In this document: positions 61,508 to 64,000 of the stretch, in pieces | Position numbering within the stretch: position 1 is the first letter of the stretch | How the letters are laid out: every line of letters starts with the position of its first letter | NCBI GenBank assembly: GCA_963815455.1 | Contig: CAWFGO010000001.1 | Span: 512,001-576,000, forward strand | Direction: 5' to 3' | Source of the DNA: an uncultured Verrucomicrobiae bacterium | Lineage (GTDB): Bacteria; Verrucomicrobiota; Verrucomicrobiia; Chthoniobacterales; UBA10450 | DNA length: 64,000 nt | The notes under the pieces: model-generated | Told to the model about the DNA's origin: nothing | What the model saw: the letters and a program-made list of their open reading frames with translations, nothing else | Database searches by the model: none | Program-made: the position numbers and the translations under genes

Positions 61508-61906
61508 CATTTCTCGACACCGGCATCCTGGTCGGAGCGTTGCTGGCAAAACACCCCGAACACACCAAATGCATCGCGGCGCTTGAACAATTTAAGGATT
61601 GCTTCACCGATGCCCACGCCTTGGCGGAAACGTTCGCGACCCTCACCGGCGCGTATCAAGTTCCCACAGGAATTGCCGCCGAGTTGACTCTGAGCTTGCG
61701 ACAAAAACTCACCATCGAGCCGCTCGCGATGAAGGATTACGAGACAGCCATCAGTGAGGCACGTAGCCGCGGTGTGATGGGTGGCGGCATCTACGATTCT
61801 CTGCACGCACACGTTCGCCCGGCGCAAAGGCGTCGAGCGCATTGTAACGCGCAATCCCTCCCATTTCGCGCATACAGCGCCCGATATCGAAGTGCTGACG
61901 CCTTGA
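61504..61906 (+). CDS. PIN-domain (VapC-like) toxin; frameshift near 61810
   Basis: MTFLDTGILV, AETFATLT, GGGIYDSLHA and, in the shifted frame, IVTRNPSHF. Confidence 0.85.
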
Positions 61907-62163
61907 TGCTGCCGCTCTCTTCCTTTATTTCCGGAAGTCACTGGTCCGCTCGCGCCTCATCGCGGGCCTCCGCAACAAAACGAAAGTATGGCCCGCGGTT
62001 TGGGTAGTGGTACAGTTTCAAACTTTTCCCCGGCACGAGTGCAGCTTGTTCGAAAAGGTCCATCTTGGGGCGCCGCGTTTTGTTTTGCCAATAGGAGCCC
62101 CCATGCACTACAATCCGCGCGCAATCGGAACAGATGCTCCAGCCCGGGGCGGACCGAACACCT

Positions 62164-64000
62164 ATGAAAAAAAATACGATATCCAGGCCAGGAGCGCTGC
62201 GGCGCGTCTTTTCAATTCTTCTTCTCGGGAGCGCGGCCGTCGCGGGGATTTACGCCATCGCGCCGTCGGCTGCCATAAACGGTTCGCGTGGCCAGGGCCA
62301 GGAGGTGGCCATGAGCAAAATCATGCCTTGGGTGCTTGAGCATACCGCGGGAGGCAACCAGGCGGAATACATGGTTGTGCTTGCCGATCAGGCCGATCTG
62401 AGCGGGGCGGATGCGTTGCACACAAAAGAAGAAAAAGGGCGCTACGTTCGAGATATTCTTTGGGAAAAAGCCCAGAAAACGCAGGCACCGCTCTTAAAAG
62501 AATTGCGCGATCGCGGGGTCGAGCACCGCTCGTTTTATATCGTCAATATGATCCTGGTGAAGGGTAACTTTGATCTCGCCATGTCGCTGGCTGCTCGGCC
62601 TGACGTTGCCCGCATCGAGGGCAATCCTGTGATCCGGAACGTTCAAAACCCGCTCCCGGTGGGAAGAATTAGCTATCAGCCAGACGTACCCAACACCGCC
62701 GAGGCTGGAATTACTTATACGAAGGCTCCGCTGGTCTGGGCAACTGGCAACACCGGCCAGGGGGTGGTCATCGGCGGCGCCGATACCGGTTACCGTTGGA
62801 CGCATAATGCGCTCAAGAACCACTACCGCGGCTGGGATGGTGTTACTGCCAACCATAATTACAACTGGCATGACAGCATTCACGTCGCGAACACCAGTTG
62901 TGCAGGGAATTCGCCCGAACCCTGCGACGATAACAACCATGGCACGCACACGATGGGAACGGCAGTCGGCGACGATGGCGCGGGCAATCAAGTTGGCATG
63001 GCGCCGGGCGCAAAATGGATTGGCTGCCGGAACATGAATCAGGGCGCCGGCACGCCGGCTTCATATACAGAATGCTTTGAATTTTTCCTGGCGCCATACC
63101 CCGTGGGCGGCACTCCGGCTCAGGGCGATCCGAGTAAAGCGCCGGATATCACAACCAACTCTTGGAGCTGTCCCACAACGGAAGGTTGTTCGGCCGCAAC
63201 TCTGCAAGCCGGAGTCGCAGCACAACGCGCTGCCGGCATCATGATGGTCGTAGCCGCGCAAAATGGCGGCCCGACCTGTTCTACGGTTGTCGATCCTCCC
63301 GGAATCTACGAGGAAGCTTATTCAGTGGGCGCGTTAACCACCGGCACCGATAACCTGGCTTCGTTCAGCAGCCGCGGGCCGGTCACAGCGGATGGCAGCA
63401 ACCGAATCAAACCGGATATCGCCGCGCCAGGGACGAGCACGCGCTCCTGTATTGCCACCAGCGATACCGCTTACAGCAGCAACTTTAGTGGCACATCAAT
63501 GGCCACACCGCACGTGGCCGGCGGAATTGCCTTACTTCTTTCGGCACGGCCCACACTACGGCACGACATTGCCATGATTAGAACAGTCATGAACAATTCT
63601 GCTTTTCATATTAACTCGAGTTCCTGCAGTAGCTCCGGAACGTATCCCAACAATCTCTTCGGCTATGGCCGCATCGACGCGAAAGCGGCGGTAGATGCTT
63701 TGCTTCTGATCGGCGCCGTCTCGCGCAAAACTCATGGCGGAGCGGGCGCCTTTGATATTCCATTGCCTCTTTCGGGCGCGCCGGGGGTGGAATGTCGCAA
63801 CACCGGCGGGAGTTACACGATTGTCCTCACGTTTGGAAACAGCGTGGTCGCCGGAAATGCGACTGTCACCAGCGGCACAGGCAGCGTTTCGGGCAGCCCG
63901 ACATTTTCGGGCAACACTATGACGGTGAATTTAACTGGCGTCGCAGATGTCCAGAAAATTACGGTCACATTGCAAGGCGTGACCGACACCATGGCGCAGA
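62164..64000 (+). CDS. Secreted S8 (subtilisin-like) serine peptidase (runs off the window)
   Basis: Manual translation gives ADTG (Asp), HGTHTMG (His) and SGTSMATPHVAG (Ser), then the SRKTHG..VECR C-terminal module. Confidence 0.92.
   Translation, partial: MKKNTISRPGALRRVFSILLLGSAAVAGIYAIAPSAAINGSRGQGQEVAMSKIMPWVLEHTAGGNQAEYMVVLADQADLSGADALHTKEEKGRYVRDILWEKAQKTQAPLLKELRDRGVEHRSFYIVNMILVKGNFDLAMSLAARPDVARIEGNPVIRNVQNPLPVGRISYQPDVPNTAEAGITYTKAPLVWATGNTGQGVVIGGADTGYRWTHNALKNHYRGWDGVTANHNYNWHDSIHVANTSCAGNSPEPCDDNNHGTHTMGTAVGDDGAGNQVGMAPGAKWIGCRNMNQGAGTPASYTECFEFFLAPYPVGGTPAQGDPSKAPDITTNSWSCPTTEGCSAATLQAGVAAQRAAGIMMVVAAQNGGPTCSTVVDPPGIYEEAYSVGALTTGTDNLASFSSRGPVTADGSNRIKPDIAAPGTSTRSCIATSDTAYSSNFSGTSMATPHVAGGIALLLSARPTLRHDIAMIRTVMNNSAFHINSSSCSSSGTYPNNLFGYGRIDAKAAVDALLLIGAVSRKTHGGAGAFDIPLPLSGAPGVECRNTGGSYTIVLTFGNSVVAGNATVTSGTGSVSGSPTFSGNTMTVNLTGVADVQKITVTLQGVTDTMAQ

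Noticed and set aside
52589..61906. Two toxin-antitoxin pairs as markers of a prophage or IS
   Set aside because: Both are isolated two-gene modules among housekeeping genes; no integrase, transposase or phage structural genes were seen.

Overview
Bacterial chromosomal window, most likely a Verrucomicrobiota (Chthoniobacterales-like) genome. The lineage is inferred from gene content, repeat families and dockerin-tailed secreted proteins, not from a search. It holds mostly housekeeping genes: speA, kdsA-lptCAB-hprK-ptsH-ptsI, coaD-yceD-rpmF-plsX-fabH-tatD, gmd, rph, msrA, trmB and comEC. Many essential genes carry single-base frameshifts, which points to uncorrected long-read indels. The standout is a 23S-5S rRNA unit with its own promoter and no 16S or spacer tRNA. 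Its 23S gene has two insertions: a ~290 nt stem-bounded intervening sequence in helix 25 filled by a GIY-YIG nuclease ORF, and a ~160 nt non-coding expansion in helix 63 with heptamer-repeat arms. Next to the 5S gene is a five-gene island: GHKL-ATPase/histidine-kinase fusion, receiver-domain protein, C5 DNA methyltransferase, Vsr and a membrane protein, with no recognisable restriction enzyme. Further on is a cluster of a GlcG-type heme-binding protein, a beta-barrel porin and a 10-heme cytochrome-LVIVD fusion, interrupted by a heptamer-flanked four-helix-bundle cassette. Two type II toxin-antitoxin pairs are present. Several palindromic repeat families occur, and some copies sit inside coding sequence.
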